A stretch of DNA of 61,197 bases, from positions 1-61,197 of IMG/VR virus record IMGVR_UViG_3300012344_000003; one strand, given 5' to 3'. A program made the position numbers and the translations under genes. This document shows, in pieces, positions 44,543 to 53,765 of the stretch (the stretch's first letter is position 1; every line of letters begins with the position of its first letter). A model generated the notes under the pieces. The model was not told the DNA's origin. It searched no databases and saw nothing but the letters and a program-made list of their open reading frames with translations. This DNA comes from a virus.

Positions 44543-47152
44543 ATGTCATTATATGATGAAGTATATGGGCTTAAGTATAAAGCTGCTGAAGATGCAGCTA
44601 GCCTTCTGCAAGCTGCTATGAAGAACCAGCTGAATGTTGGGTTCAACAGCAAAGAGGAGCTTGAGCAGTGGGCACATGACCATCACCTTGATAAAGTCCT
44701 GTTCAGCAATATGTCTCATCAGTTTATGTGCATAAGCCATAAAGGTGAGATTATGCTTCCCAAGCAGTTTGAGAACTATTATAAGAACCTCCTCTTTTAT
44801 GAGGAGAAGCATGGCAGTAAGGTGTCCAGTGTCGGCTGGCATCCTGACGGCTTTGAGTTCTTTGATAATGCTTATATTGCTGGTGAGCAGTCTGACGGGG
44901 TACATAAGCCTCTGTACTACAGAGACTATACTGTACCGACAGGATTCTATTCTGAGTCAAGGGATGCATTCAACGTGGCCAAGCCTTTTCCAGTCTTTGC
45001 TCAAGAAACTGGCAGGGACACTACTCATATATACCAGTATATAGAGCATATTGCAGGGGACTGTGCTTACCACTTGCTTGCATGGCTGCGTGCAAAGCTG
45101 CTCTATCCTACAACAAAAACACAAGTAGTGCCTATTATAGTATCACGTACTCAGGGCTCTGGTAAGACGACATTTGCTGAGGTTATATGCAAAGGCCTAT
45201 TTGGCAAGGACAATGTCCTTGTATCTGACCAGTATGATTCTTCTGCAAGGTTTAATGCTGATTATGCTGACAGCTTGATAGTGTGCCTTGAGGAAAAAGA
45301 AGAAACTGATAAGCGTAATACTGCAGGTGCTTTGAAGAGCCGTGCTACTGCTACTACTATACGTAAGGAGCAGAAAGGTATCGACCCTATCTACCAGGAT
45401 TCTTATACAGATTTTATCATGACCACAAACAAGGATGTCCCTATCAAGTTTGACGGCCGTGAGGACCAGCGGAGGTTCATGATTATGGAGTCAGACCCAA
45501 ACTTCACACGCAAGACCTCAGCGCTTGCTGATGAAGTGTTCACTAAGCTCTATGGATATGACACCAATTATAACAGGAGAGGTGTCCCGTTTGTAGAGGA
45601 CCGAGAGCTCATTGCCCAGTTTAAGCATGAGCTCTTCTCAAGGGCAGACATTGCTGATGTTGAGCTCAGGAATTTTCCTAAGACAGCTGCTTATAAGAAG
45701 TGCTTCACACTTCCACGCACATCTGAGGCTACAGAGATTGAGAGCATACTCCGTGCTCTTGCTCCGTTCATCAAGGCCTCGCTTGAGCAGAAGAAGGCTG
45801 TTACGGAGATTGGGGACAGCAAGCTCACAGATATTATCCAGTACCCAGGAGCTATGCAGTATATGCCTGCTTTCAAGGAGCATGTAGCATATGTTGCTCT
45901 CTGCCGTCCACTGGTATTCTATGAGATGCAGAGCATGAAGCCTATGCCTCATTCTACAGTAGAACGCGGGATATATGATTGTGCCATGTGGCTTGCTGAA
46001 GAGTATAATATACATTTAATACCGGATATGGACCCGCTTCCAGGAGGCTTCACGAATGTTGCTGGCCGCTATAAGGTAGCAGCATGCGCCAAGTTCTCTA
46101 TTGATGACCCAAGCCTCATGGAGTATAATAATAAGGTAAAGAAGCCTAGCATGTCAGGAATGTTCAAGCAGCAATTTACTGCTCCCCGCCAGGGAAAATG
46201 CCTGCGTGTGAACAAGTATTTCAAGCCTGACGAGCATGGCTGCTTTGAGACAGTCAATGAGATGCGTCCGGGAGTAGATACACTTCAGGGTAACAAGACA
46301 GCTAATGTGCTTTATATGGACACATTCCTGCTAGAGTCTGACACTCCGACAGGGCAGCAGCTTGCTGTTGAGAAGAAGCGTGCACAGGACATTATTGACA
46401 AGTTCGGTGAGGGATATGAAGTGCAGGCCAGTGAGCTTTATAAAGAGCGCCTTGAGTATGCACTTGAAGAGAGTAAGAAACTCTTTAATGAGGGCAAAGT
46501 GCTTCGTGTTGTATACTCCGGTGCAAAGTCATATCATCTACTTGTACGTGTTGAGGATGCTCCGAAGAATATTGAAGAGTATAGGTGGCTGCATGCTTAC
46601 TTGAGTACTACTATTTCTGACAAGCTTATATTTGATGACAGCACTTCTGACCCTGCACGTCTGACACGTAGTCCAATTACTCTGGACAGGGTCTCGTCTG
46701 CGTATAACTTGCTTGTCATGGGTGAGCAGAAGCTAATATGCGGAAACCCTACCCATATTTACAAGATTGACTGGCGGCCAATCTATGAGCAGTGGCTTGG
46801 GCGGCCGTTGAAAAAGTATGAGCAGAAGCAAGGAAAGCCTCTGTATCCGACAAGGCCTGAGTACAAGGAGGCTCTTGAAGCTATTATCTCTGGTGAGTTC
46901 TGGTCAAGCAGCAAGTTTGATGGACAGCGCCAGCAGCTTTTCTTTCCTGCCTATAGGCTACTGAGAGTACTGGGCTACTCTCATACTGAGGCATGGGAAA
47001 ATGTTATTGAGCCTCATCTGTCAGACTACAAGAAGCAGAATGAGATTGTGTATTGGAAGAGCAGAAAGGACTCTGCTATCATTACGAAGATAGATAGGGA
47101 GATAGACGAGTATAATGAGCAGTGGGAGGAAAAACAAGATGCCAATGCCTGA
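44543..47152 (+). CDS. Primase/helicase-like replication protein (D5/VirE-type P-loop NTPase)
   Basis: 869 aa; Walker A SRTQGSGKTT, Walker B LIVCLEE, RRFMIME arginine motif; the C-terminal RVVYSGAKSYHLLVRVED is reminiscent of a prim-pol SGxGxH motif. Confidence 0.7.
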   Translation: MSLYDEVYGLKYKAAEDAASLLQAAMKNQLNVGFNSKEELEQWAHDHHLDKVLFSNMSHQFMCISHKGEIMLPKQFENYYKNLLFYEEKHGSKVSSVGWHPDGFEFFDNAYIAGEQSDGVHKPLYYRDYTVPTGFYSESRDAFNVAKPFPVFAQETGRDTTHIYQYIEHIAGDCAYHLLAWLRAKLLYPTTKTQVVPIIVSRTQGSGKTTFAEVICKGLFGKDNVLVSDQYDSSARFNADYADSLIVCLEEKEETDKRNTAGALKSRATATTIRKEQKGIDPIYQDSYTDFIMTTNKDVPIKFDGREDQRRFMIMESDPNFTRKTSALADEVFTKLYGYDTNYNRRGVPFVEDRELIAQFKHELFSRADIADVELRNFPKTAAYKKCFTLPRTSEATEIESILRALAPFIKASLEQKKAVTEIGDSKLTDIIQYPGAMQYMPAFKEHVAYVALCRPLVFYEMQSMKPMPHSTVERGIYDCAMWLAEEYNIHLIPDMDPLPGGFTNVAGRYKVAACAKFSIDDPSLMEYNNKVKKPSMSGMFKQQFTAPRQGKCLRVNKYFKPDEHGCFETVNEMRPGVDTLQGNKTANVLYMDTFLLESDTPTGQQLAVEKKRAQDIIDKFGEGYEVQASELYKERLEYALEESKKLFNEGKVLRVVYSGAKSYHLLVRVEDAPKNIEEYRWLHAYLSTTISDKLIFDDSTSDPARLTRSPITLDRVSSAYNLLVMGEQKLICGNPTHIYKIDWRPIYEQWLGRPLKKYEQKQGKPLYPTRPEYKEALEAIISGEFWSSSKFDGQRQQLFFPAYRLLRVLGYSHTEAWENVIEPHLSDYKKQNEIVYWKSRKDSAIITKIDREIDEYNEQWEEKQDANA

Positions 47153-47663
47153 GAAGCTGGATGACCCTTTATGGGAGTATATTATCAATTCGAAGCTTGC
47201 TCCGTATGTCCCGTATATGAGGGAGTTTTGGAGCAATATTGAGGAGATTCCAGTATGCTCTACTGGTGTCTTTCCGTTCCCGGAGGTTGAGGGTGCTCCT
47301 CCTGGCATGATGTACCGCGTGACAAACACACCTGTGCGCTCTCCTATTAAAAATATACAGGTGTTCCCGTTTGTGCCGACTGCTTACCTGCAGATTACAA
47401 ACGTAGCAGGGGGAGCACATAAAATGGTGCAACGTGTCCTTGGAAGGCGTGACTTTACTATTGAGGAGTTTACTCTGATAGAGAAGTCGAACCTGCCTTC
47501 CACGTATAACCAGGGACAGTTCGTGGCGTTCGTTCCGACAGAAATGCTGCATAATACTTCTGTACTCGGAAAATGGTGCTACCTGACACATGATGAGATG
47601 GTAGCACTATGCCAGGGCTTTGTCCATTCACGTGTCAAAGAGAAGCTGATAAAATATATTTAA
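47139..47663 (+). CDS. Hypothetical protein
   Basis: 174 aa from ATG 47139 (GGGAGG upstream), overlapping the end of the primase gene. Confidence 0.55.
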   Translation: MPMPEKLDDPLWEYIINSKLAPYVPYMREFWSNIEEIPVCSTGVFPFPEVEGAPPGMMYRVTNTPVRSPIKNIQVFPFVPTAYLQITNVAGGAHKMVQRVLGRRDFTIEEFTLIEKSNLPSTYNQGQFVAFVPTEMLHNTSVLGKWCYLTHDEMVALCQGFVHSRVKEKLIKYI

Positions 47664-47761
47664 TAAAAAATTAAAAAACAACGTAAAACGTTGTACTATT
47701 AATATGTCAACGCAGCTGCAAAGCTGCTTGATATAAATACATTTATTTATGGAGGCAGTAT

Positions 47762-48517
47762 ATGAACACTGCAAAAACACCTACTGCAGGTGCACAGGAA
47801 ATTGAGACAGAAGACTTGAGCTTCTTGGACGGAATGGCTGGTCAGGGCTTTGAAGAGATGGGAGCAAACACGACAAGCATTGCTTACTTGTCTTTGGTGC
47901 AGCCTGATTCAGGAGCAGAAGATGCTGACAACCCAGCTGGTACTTGGCGCAATTCTGCGACAGGACGTAATTATGGAAATGATGTCAAAGTCATTGTCCT
48001 TGGCTTCCGCACTATCTGGTCAGAACGTGAGGCAGACCCTCCTTTCCGCACAGTAGGACGCTATCCAGTTAATGGTATCCAGGTTGAGCTCAGACAGCCT
48101 CCGAAAGGAAAAAGAGGCTACCCAAAGATGATTAACCCAGAATCAGGTAATGAAGTACAGGAGCTCTTTGTTTATGCTGTTACTCTGCCTGACTTCCCTG
48201 AAGATGGAATACTCTACTTAAACCCAACTGTTGGAAGCATGAAGACTGCAAAATCATGGAATAGCCAGCTTAAAGGCCAGCTTCTTCCTAATGGTGTGCA
48301 GGCTCCTATTTTCGCGTTCCAGTGGGTGCTTATTGCTGGACTTGTTCCAAATCCTCAGCAGCCAAGCAAAGAAGTTGCAAAATTCACAAAGGTCATGCGT
48401 GATGCTATTGTAAACAAAGAGCTCTTTACTGAGCATGTGCAGCCAGTGCTCTCTGTAACAAAGCAGGACCTCCTCATGATTACTCAGAACCTTGATTCTG
48501 ATGACGATGAAGAATAG
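47762..48517 (+). CDS. Hypothetical protein with an acidic C-terminal tail (possible ssDNA-binding or annealing protein)
   Basis: 251 aa, GGAGG SD, ends DSDDDEE; sits next to the SSB; the function is a guess. Confidence 0.5.
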   Translation: MNTAKTPTAGAQEIETEDLSFLDGMAGQGFEEMGANTTSIAYLSLVQPDSGAEDADNPAGTWRNSATGRNYGNDVKVIVLGFRTIWSEREADPPFRTVGRYPVNGIQVELRQPPKGKRGYPKMINPESGNEVQELFVYAVTLPDFPEDGILYLNPTVGSMKTAKSWNSQLKGQLLPNGVQAPIFAFQWVLIAGLVPNPQQPSKEVAKFTKVMRDAIVNKELFTEHVQPVLSVTKQDLLMITQNLDSDDDEE

Positions 48518-48544
48518 TCCCGCGGATTTGTGAACAAACTATCA

Positions 48545-48568
48545 GCACTCTGGAGCTTTCCAGAGTGC
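48545..48568 (+). terminator. Strong 10-bp hairpin GCACTCTGGA-GCTT-TCCAGAGTGC
   Basis: Perfect stem checked by hand; the downstream T-run is poor, so it may act in RNA processing or stability rather than termination. Confidence 0.4.
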
Positions 48569-48587
48569 ATACTTATTAGAGGTGAAT

Positions 48588-48935
48588 ATGAATGTACCTG
48601 TTAGCCAGAATAACTTTAAGCAGTATCATACTGAAGAGAAAGCTAAAGTTGAAATTGGAAGAAAAGATGATAAAGGCAAGGCGCGCTTTGACCTTGTTGA
48701 GCCGGAGTTTGAAGAGGTAGTAGCAGAAGTGCTTACTTATGGAGCAGACAAATATGCTCCTAACTCATGGCAGCATGTTGAAGACGCTAAGAACCGTTAT
48801 TATGCTTCTTTACGCCGGCATATAAATGCTTACCGTAAAGGTGAGAAGATTGACCCAGAATCTGGCCTCCCTCATCTCGCGCATGCTGCCTGCAATATAA
48901 TGTTCCTGATGCATTTTGAACAGGAGGAAGAATAA
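48588..48935 (+). CDS. Small all-alpha NTP-pyrophosphohydrolase-like protein (DUF5664 / dATP-dGTP diphosphohydrolase N-terminal-like)
   Basis: 115 aa from ATG 48588; KDDKGKARFDLVEP, GADKYAPNSW and RRHINAYRKGEKIDPESGLPHLAHAACNIMFL match my memory of this phage family. Confidence 0.45.
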   Translation: MNVPVSQNNFKQYHTEEKAKVEIGRKDDKGKARFDLVEPEFEEVVAEVLTYGADKYAPNSWQHVEDAKNRYYASLRRHINAYRKGEKIDPESGLPHLAHAACNIMFLMHFEQEEE

Positions 48936-49324
48936 TGGCAGACTTGAATAGCTTTGCTTTTACAGGCCGCTGTACTCAGGATGCTACTATCCGTGAGATT
49001 GCTTCAGGCAAAAAAATACTTACAGTAAATGTTGCTGTAAACACAGGTTTCGGCGACTATAAGAAGACCCTGTTTATCAAGGCCCAGATGTGGGGTGAGC
49101 GCGGCGAGAAAATTGTCAGCTACCTTAAGAAAGGCCAGATGATAGCAGGGCAGGGTGAAATGTGCCGGTCTGAATGGACAAGTAAAGAGGGCAAGCAGTA
49201 TGTTGACTTTGTAGTAGATGTCAATAATATACAACTGCTCTCTTCAGGCTGCAGCTGCAAGAAAGATGAGCCTCCGCCTTCGGACAGTGAGCTCGACCCT
49301 GAAAGTGGCTGCCCTACGTTCTAG
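48935..49324 (+). CDS. ssb: Single-stranded DNA-binding protein (OB fold)
   Basis: 129 aa; N-terminus of FTGRCTQDATIRE type, VDFVVDVNNIQLL, acidic tail ending PTF. Confidence 0.8.
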   Translation: MADLNSFAFTGRCTQDATIREIASGKKILTVNVAVNTGFGDYKKTLFIKAQMWGERGEKIVSYLKKGQMIAGQGEMCRSEWTSKEGKQYVDFVVDVNNIQLLSSGCSCKKDEPPPSDSELDPESGCPTF

Positions 49325-49357
49325 TGCTTTAAGCCATTATATATCCTCAGCTGGCTA

Positions 49358-49385
49358 GCCCCTCCAGTATCAGGGGCCTTTTCTG
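49358..49385 (+). terminator. Rho-independent terminator
   Basis: GCCCCT (49358-49363) pairs with AGGGGC (49372-49377), followed by CTTTTCTG. Confidence 0.55.
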
Positions 49386-49398
49386 TATAGGAGCAGTT

Positions 49399-49695
49399 AT
49401 GAGTGAGAAGAAGAATGAGATTGCTGAGGCAATTCTTGAGAAGGGGCAGGAGCCAATTGGTGACGGGCATGACTCTGAGCGCATCTGGCATAATGGCCGG
49501 TACATTGAGTACTACCGCAAGGTCATGGCTGATGCCATAGGAATTGACCCGGATGACATTCCTGATGATATGTATATACACCATATTGATGGGGACCGCA
49601 TGAACAATGATATTGACAACCTCATGCTCTGCACAAAAAAGGCACATGAGAACCTTGAGATGATTCTTGACCCACACCACTATGACCCGGAGTAA
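49399..49695 (+). CDS. HNH endonuclease
   Basis: 98 aa; IHHIDGDRMNNDIDNLMLCTKKAHENLE. Confidence 0.75.
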   Translation: MSEKKNEIAEAILEKGQEPIGDGHDSERIWHNGRYIEYYRKVMADAIGIDPDDIPDDMYIHHIDGDRMNNDIDNLMLCTKKAHENLEMILDPHHYDPE

Positions 49696-49698
49696 GAT

Positions 49699-50016
49699 AT
49701 GAAAATTAAATGCTTTAAGCAGTCAAGTACTTCTGTCTATGAGCAGGAGTATGATATTGACCTATGTAACCTGGACCTCTGCTACATCAGGGATTCACAT
49801 ATGTCCTTGTTCTACAAGGACTGTCTCAATAAGAATGTCAGGCTGGAAGTGCTGTCATCAGATACCAGGGACGCTATAAAAGCTATTGGCACTAACAGGA
49901 TAACAGGCCTGTACGATGCTGCATTTACTGTAGTACATTCAAATTCTATATTTGAGATTGGGCAAATCTTCTATCCTCCAAGGGAGAAGCTTTTGAAAGA
50001 ATTCGGTATGGAGTAA
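49699..50016 (+). CDS. Hypothetical protein
   Basis: 105-aa ORF with a GGAG SD. Confidence 0.55.
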   Translation: MKIKCFKQSSTSVYEQEYDIDLCNLDLCYIRDSHMSLFYKDCLNKNVRLEVLSSDTRDAIKAIGTNRITGLYDAAFTVVHSNSIFEIGQIFYPPREKLLKEFGME

Positions 50017-50019
50017 CAC

Positions 50020-51966
50020 ATGAGGCTTGTAGCAGTAGACGTTGAGACATATGACCCGAACCTCAAGACACTTGGTGACGGGTCATGCCGCGATTCAGAT
50101 TCTCCTGATGATGATGGGTCATGCCTGCTCTGTGTAGGTACTTATGACGGGCAGCGGGCCAAGGCCTACTTCCCATTCACGAGTGAATGGCAGGAGTTCC
50201 TCGATATGATGTCCGATGAGAACATTGACAAAGTGTACCATAATGGTATATATGACCTTGCATGGCTCCATTGTGGCTATGATGTTGAGATTAAGGGGCT
50301 CCAGCATGACACTATGACACGCATGACATACATAGATGAGTATGCTGACCTTGACCTTGACTCATGCTGCCGTTATTTCAGGCTACCTGGTAAGAACAAG
50401 GCTGAGACTATCGAAGCATGGTATGAGCAGCATAAGGAAGACTTCATGAAAGCAGCTGCTATCATGGGCAGCAAGGTGAAGAAGACAGATGACTTATGGA
50501 AGCACTCTAAGTTCTTGTGGGATAATTTTAAAGAGTTCCGTGACAAGATGGTTGAGTATAACCTACAGGACTGCCGGGCTACGTGGAACCTGTACCAGGC
50601 GCAGGAACCTAAGATAAAAGGTGTCTATGAACCTTATATGGTAGATGTCAGGCTTACTCCGCTTATCATTGAGATGAAGAAGCGGGGAGTGCTCATTGAC
50701 CGCAAAACCATGTCTGAGCTGACAGCTACAATCGAGCGTGACCTGCTGGAGAAGGAGACAATCCTCACTGACCAGTATGGCATAACACTTGAGATGGTCA
50801 ACTCATCAAAGCAGCTGGGAAAACGCCTAAATGAGATGGGTATACACTCACCTGTCCTCAATAAGACAGGTGCTGAGTCATGGGGAGCAGATGCACTTGC
50901 ACGTCTCATACACCATCCGATGATTCCACTCATTGAGGAGGTCAAGGGCTACAAGAAGCTTCTGGATACGTACATGAAGGGAGGTATGGCTGATGCTATC
51001 CTTTCAGATGGGCGCATACACTGCACATTCTCTCCGAACAAGCGTGAGGACGGAGGTACTGTCACGGGGCGCTTTGCATGCTCAAAGCCTAACCTGCAAC
51101 AGATTCCCGCACGTGATAAGCAGGTCGGACATTCATATGGGCAGGCTATGCGTGCCCTATTCATACCTGAAGAAGGCTGCATGATGTCTGCTCTGGACTA
51201 CTCTCAGATTGAATACCTGCTTCTTGCACACTTTGCTGTAGGCCCGCAGGCTGAGTGGTTCCGTGGGCAGGCTAATGCAGGTGTAGATTTCCATACTGTT
51301 GCTATGGCTGCGACTGGCATCACTACGAGGTCGGTTGTCAAGACATTCAATTATGGTGTTATCTATGGAATGGGCTGGAAGACTGCTATGGAGAAGAATT
51401 ATATGCTCTTCGAGAAGCTTGCCCAGGAGCACGGTGTCTCAATTGAGCAGTATACACAGGATGTATATAATAACTACCATGCAAAGCTGCCTGTCATACG
51501 TGAGACAATGAAAGTTGTGCAGAATATCTCTAAGATGCAGGGATTTGTCAAGACAATAGGCGGGCGCTATCAGCATAAGCCTAAAGCTGTCTATGACCCT
51601 GCTACAGGGAAGATGAATGACTTTATTTACAAGATGCTCAACAAGCTTATACAGGGCTCAGCAGCAGACATACTTAAGTTTGCACTACTCAAGGCATACC
51701 AGTCGGGTGTCTTTGACGTGCTGAAGATGCACCTGACAGTCCATGATGAAAATGTTGTATCTGTGCCTTATAACAGGCTCGGCGCTGAGGCTAATGGTGA
51801 GCTCAAGAGGATTATGGATATGTCATTCCATGAGAAGCTCCGTGTCCCGATGAAGGCTGCCTGTGAGCTGGGGCCTAACTGGGGTTACTGGGACCATGAT
51901 ATATGGGACGATATGCAGAAAGGTATTTTTAACCGTGCTGATGAATGCTGGTGGTATAAAAAATGA
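50020..51966 (+). CDS. Family-A DNA polymerase with a 3'-5' exonuclease domain
   Basis: 648 aa. Exo motifs VDVET, HNGIYDL, YNLQDC. Pol motif A DYSQIEYLL, motif B KTFNYGVIYGMG, motif C VHDENV. Confidence 0.9.
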   Translation: MRLVAVDVETYDPNLKTLGDGSCRDSDSPDDDGSCLLCVGTYDGQRAKAYFPFTSEWQEFLDMMSDENIDKVYHNGIYDLAWLHCGYDVEIKGLQHDTMTRMTYIDEYADLDLDSCCRYFRLPGKNKAETIEAWYEQHKEDFMKAAAIMGSKVKKTDDLWKHSKFLWDNFKEFRDKMVEYNLQDCRATWNLYQAQEPKIKGVYEPYMVDVRLTPLIIEMKKRGVLIDRKTMSELTATIERDLLEKETILTDQYGITLEMVNSSKQLGKRLNEMGIHSPVLNKTGAESWGADALARLIHHPMIPLIEEVKGYKKLLDTYMKGGMADAILSDGRIHCTFSPNKREDGGTVTGRFACSKPNLQQIPARDKQVGHSYGQAMRALFIPEEGCMMSALDYSQIEYLLLAHFAVGPQAEWFRGQANAGVDFHTVAMAATGITTRSVVKTFNYGVIYGMGWKTAMEKNYMLFEKLAQEHGVSIEQYTQDVYNNYHAKLPVIRETMKVVQNISKMQGFVKTIGGRYQHKPKAVYDPATGKMNDFIYKMLNKLIQGSAADILKFALLKAYQSGVFDVLKMHLTVHDENVVSVPYNRLGAEANGELKRIMDMSFHEKLRVPMKAACELGPNWGYWDHDIWDDMQKGIFNRADECWWYKK

Positions 51967-52055
51967 AAGATGATTTTTATTATATGCTACTTATGCTCCT
52001 GCTTTATATAATAGCAGGTGTCAATATATTTTTAGCTTTTATATAGGAGTAAAAG

Positions 52056-52526
52056 ATGAAGAAAACTAAAGAATGTGAGGTGTATCTTTTTGGCCAGGAG
52101 CAGAAAGATACATTTGGACAGGGAAAAGTAAGACATATTGGCATAAAGCCAGTGTATAAGACAAAAGGAGCTGCAGCAGCAGATATAGCAACACCACTTG
52201 AAGTACATGTACCTCCACATAAGACAGTCAATATTGACCTTTATGTGGGCTTTGACATCCCTGCTGGCTACTGCATAAAGCTCTATCCACGGTCCTCACT
52301 ACTTGTGAAGCGCGGCCTGATACAGCCGGTGTCAATTATTGACCAGGATTTCTCTGGCAACAAGATTCATGCCCCTGTGCATAACCTTACTGATGAAGAG
52401 GTTGTCCTTGAGGCTGGTGAGCGTATCTGCCAGGCAATGCTTGAGCCTGTTATTGACTGCTCTGACTGGGACCATGAGAACAATACACGTGGAGCTGCCG
52501 GCTTTGGCACTACAGGAACATGCTGA
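52056..52526 (+). CDS. dut: dUTPase (trimeric type)
   Basis: 156 aa with all five motifs: GAAAADI, PRSS, IIDQDFSG, GERICQ, RGAAGFGTTG. Confidence 0.85.
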   Translation: MKKTKECEVYLFGQEQKDTFGQGKVRHIGIKPVYKTKGAAAADIATPLEVHVPPHKTVNIDLYVGFDIPAGYCIKLYPRSSLLVKRGLIQPVSIIDQDFSGNKIHAPVHNLTDEEVVLEAGERICQAMLEPVIDCSDWDHENNTRGAAGFGTTGTC

Positions 52527-53263
52527 TGAACTTAAATACTAGGATTTACAGGCAGGCACTGCAGAAGATAGCAGACTATCCATGCAAAAAGAACCCGCAC
52601 GGCATTACTTTCGAGTATCTGGCATTCAGGACAGAGTTTGAGCCGGAGGGCCATATTGCAGGGAGCTCTGAGAAGTACATAAAGAACGAACTAGACTGGT
52701 ACCTGTCGCAGGACAGGAACATCAAGGGGCACCCAGGGATTGAGAGCAACAAAGTATGGCAGTCATGTGCTGCTGCTGATGGCTCAGTGAACAGCAATTA
52801 TGGCTGGTGTATCTTCAGCAAGGAGAACTATGAGCAATTTGAGATGGCCTGCAGGAGTATTGAGAAAGACCCAAGCACGAAGCAGGCTGTCATGGTATAC
52901 ACGAGACCAGCTATAAATATAGAATGGAATGACGGTGAGCATGCTGAGCATGATATGGTCTGTACAATCTATGTAAACCTGCTGCTCCGTGAAGGCAAGC
53001 TCATATATATCGTGCACATGCGGAGTAATGATATATGGTATGGTCTACGCAATGACCTTGCATGGCACCAGTTTGTAATGAAGCGGGTAGTTGAATGGTT
53101 GAATGGGCATGATATAAAGTGCACCCCGCTCAAGATAATATGGAATGCTGACTCAATGCACCTGTATGAGAGGAACATTGAGGACGTGAAGAAGTGGCTT
53201 GAGGCGAACGACGGCTTTGATGAGCCTTTTGAAGACACTCTGCTGTCAAGCATGCTAAAATAA
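52520..53263 (+). CDS. Deoxycytidylate (dCMP) hydroxymethylase-like enzyme (ThyA superfamily, T4 gp42-like)
   Basis: 247 aa; NELDWY, VNSNYGWCIF, catalytic Cys in DMVCT, HMRSNDIWYGLRNDLAWHQF (Asp after RN), IIWNADSMHLYERN; compared with T4 gp42 from memory. Confidence 0.75.
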   Translation: MLMNLNTRIYRQALQKIADYPCKKNPHGITFEYLAFRTEFEPEGHIAGSSEKYIKNELDWYLSQDRNIKGHPGIESNKVWQSCAAADGSVNSNYGWCIFSKENYEQFEMACRSIEKDPSTKQAVMVYTRPAINIEWNDGEHAEHDMVCTIYVNLLLREGKLIYIVHMRSNDIWYGLRNDLAWHQFVMKRVVEWLNGHDIKCTPLKIIWNADSMHLYERNIEDVKKWLEANDGFDEPFEDTLLSSMLK

Positions 53264-53268
53264 AAACA

Positions 53269-53290
53269 GGGCCTCCATTGCTGGAGGCCC
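53269..53290. terminator. Shared convergent terminator hairpin GGGCCTCCA-TTGC-TGGAGGCCC
   Basis: 9-bp perfect stem in the 37-nt gap where the two arms meet (stops at 53263 and 53301). Confidence 0.7.
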
Positions 53291-53300
53291 TTCACTATGC

Positions 53301-53765
53301 CTAGAAATTCTTTTTGGCTATCCGTAAAACGAGGTCCTGCCACCTCTCACGGTCTACATAATACTCAGGGCACTTTTTTCCTGTCCAGTCATAATGCCTT
53401 ATAACTGGGAGGGCAGGGAGTGTAGCAATCAGCTCCTTGAGGGTATCAATGCTCTTCTCACTGAACTGTCCTTCCTTGTTATATGGGATAACTTCAATAC
53501 CAATGCTTGACTCGTTGCCTGCCTTGTTCCCGCAGTGCCATGCTACCTTGTTCAGTGGCCAGCATTGCAAGACCTCATCATCTTTTACAATGAAATGTGC
53601 AGACGCTTCACCTGGTGATACACACCAGTAGTCACGCACATCAGCAGGTGTCTGTCCTGGGAAAGGCCCTGTCCAGTGCACTGTTATAGTGTCTGGCCAT
53701 TTCTTGAACCATAGCTTTGTGTCGCAGCTGTTCCCATCTGGTATATAGTTAATCCTTAGCTTCAT
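53301..53765 (-). CDS. N-acetylmuramoyl-L-alanine amidase endolysin (Amidase_2/PGRP type)
   Basis: 154 aa; TVHWTG, SAHFIV, WHCGNKAGNESSIGIEV, RHYDWTGKKCP. Confidence 0.85.
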   Translation of the reverse strand: MKLRINYIPDGNSCDTKLWFKKWPDTITVHWTGPFPGQTPADVRDYWCVSPGEASAHFIVKDDEVLQCWPLNKVAWHCGNKAGNESSIGIEVIPYNKEGQFSEKSIDTLKELIATLPALPVIRHYDWTGKKCPEYYVDRERWQDLVLRIAKKNF

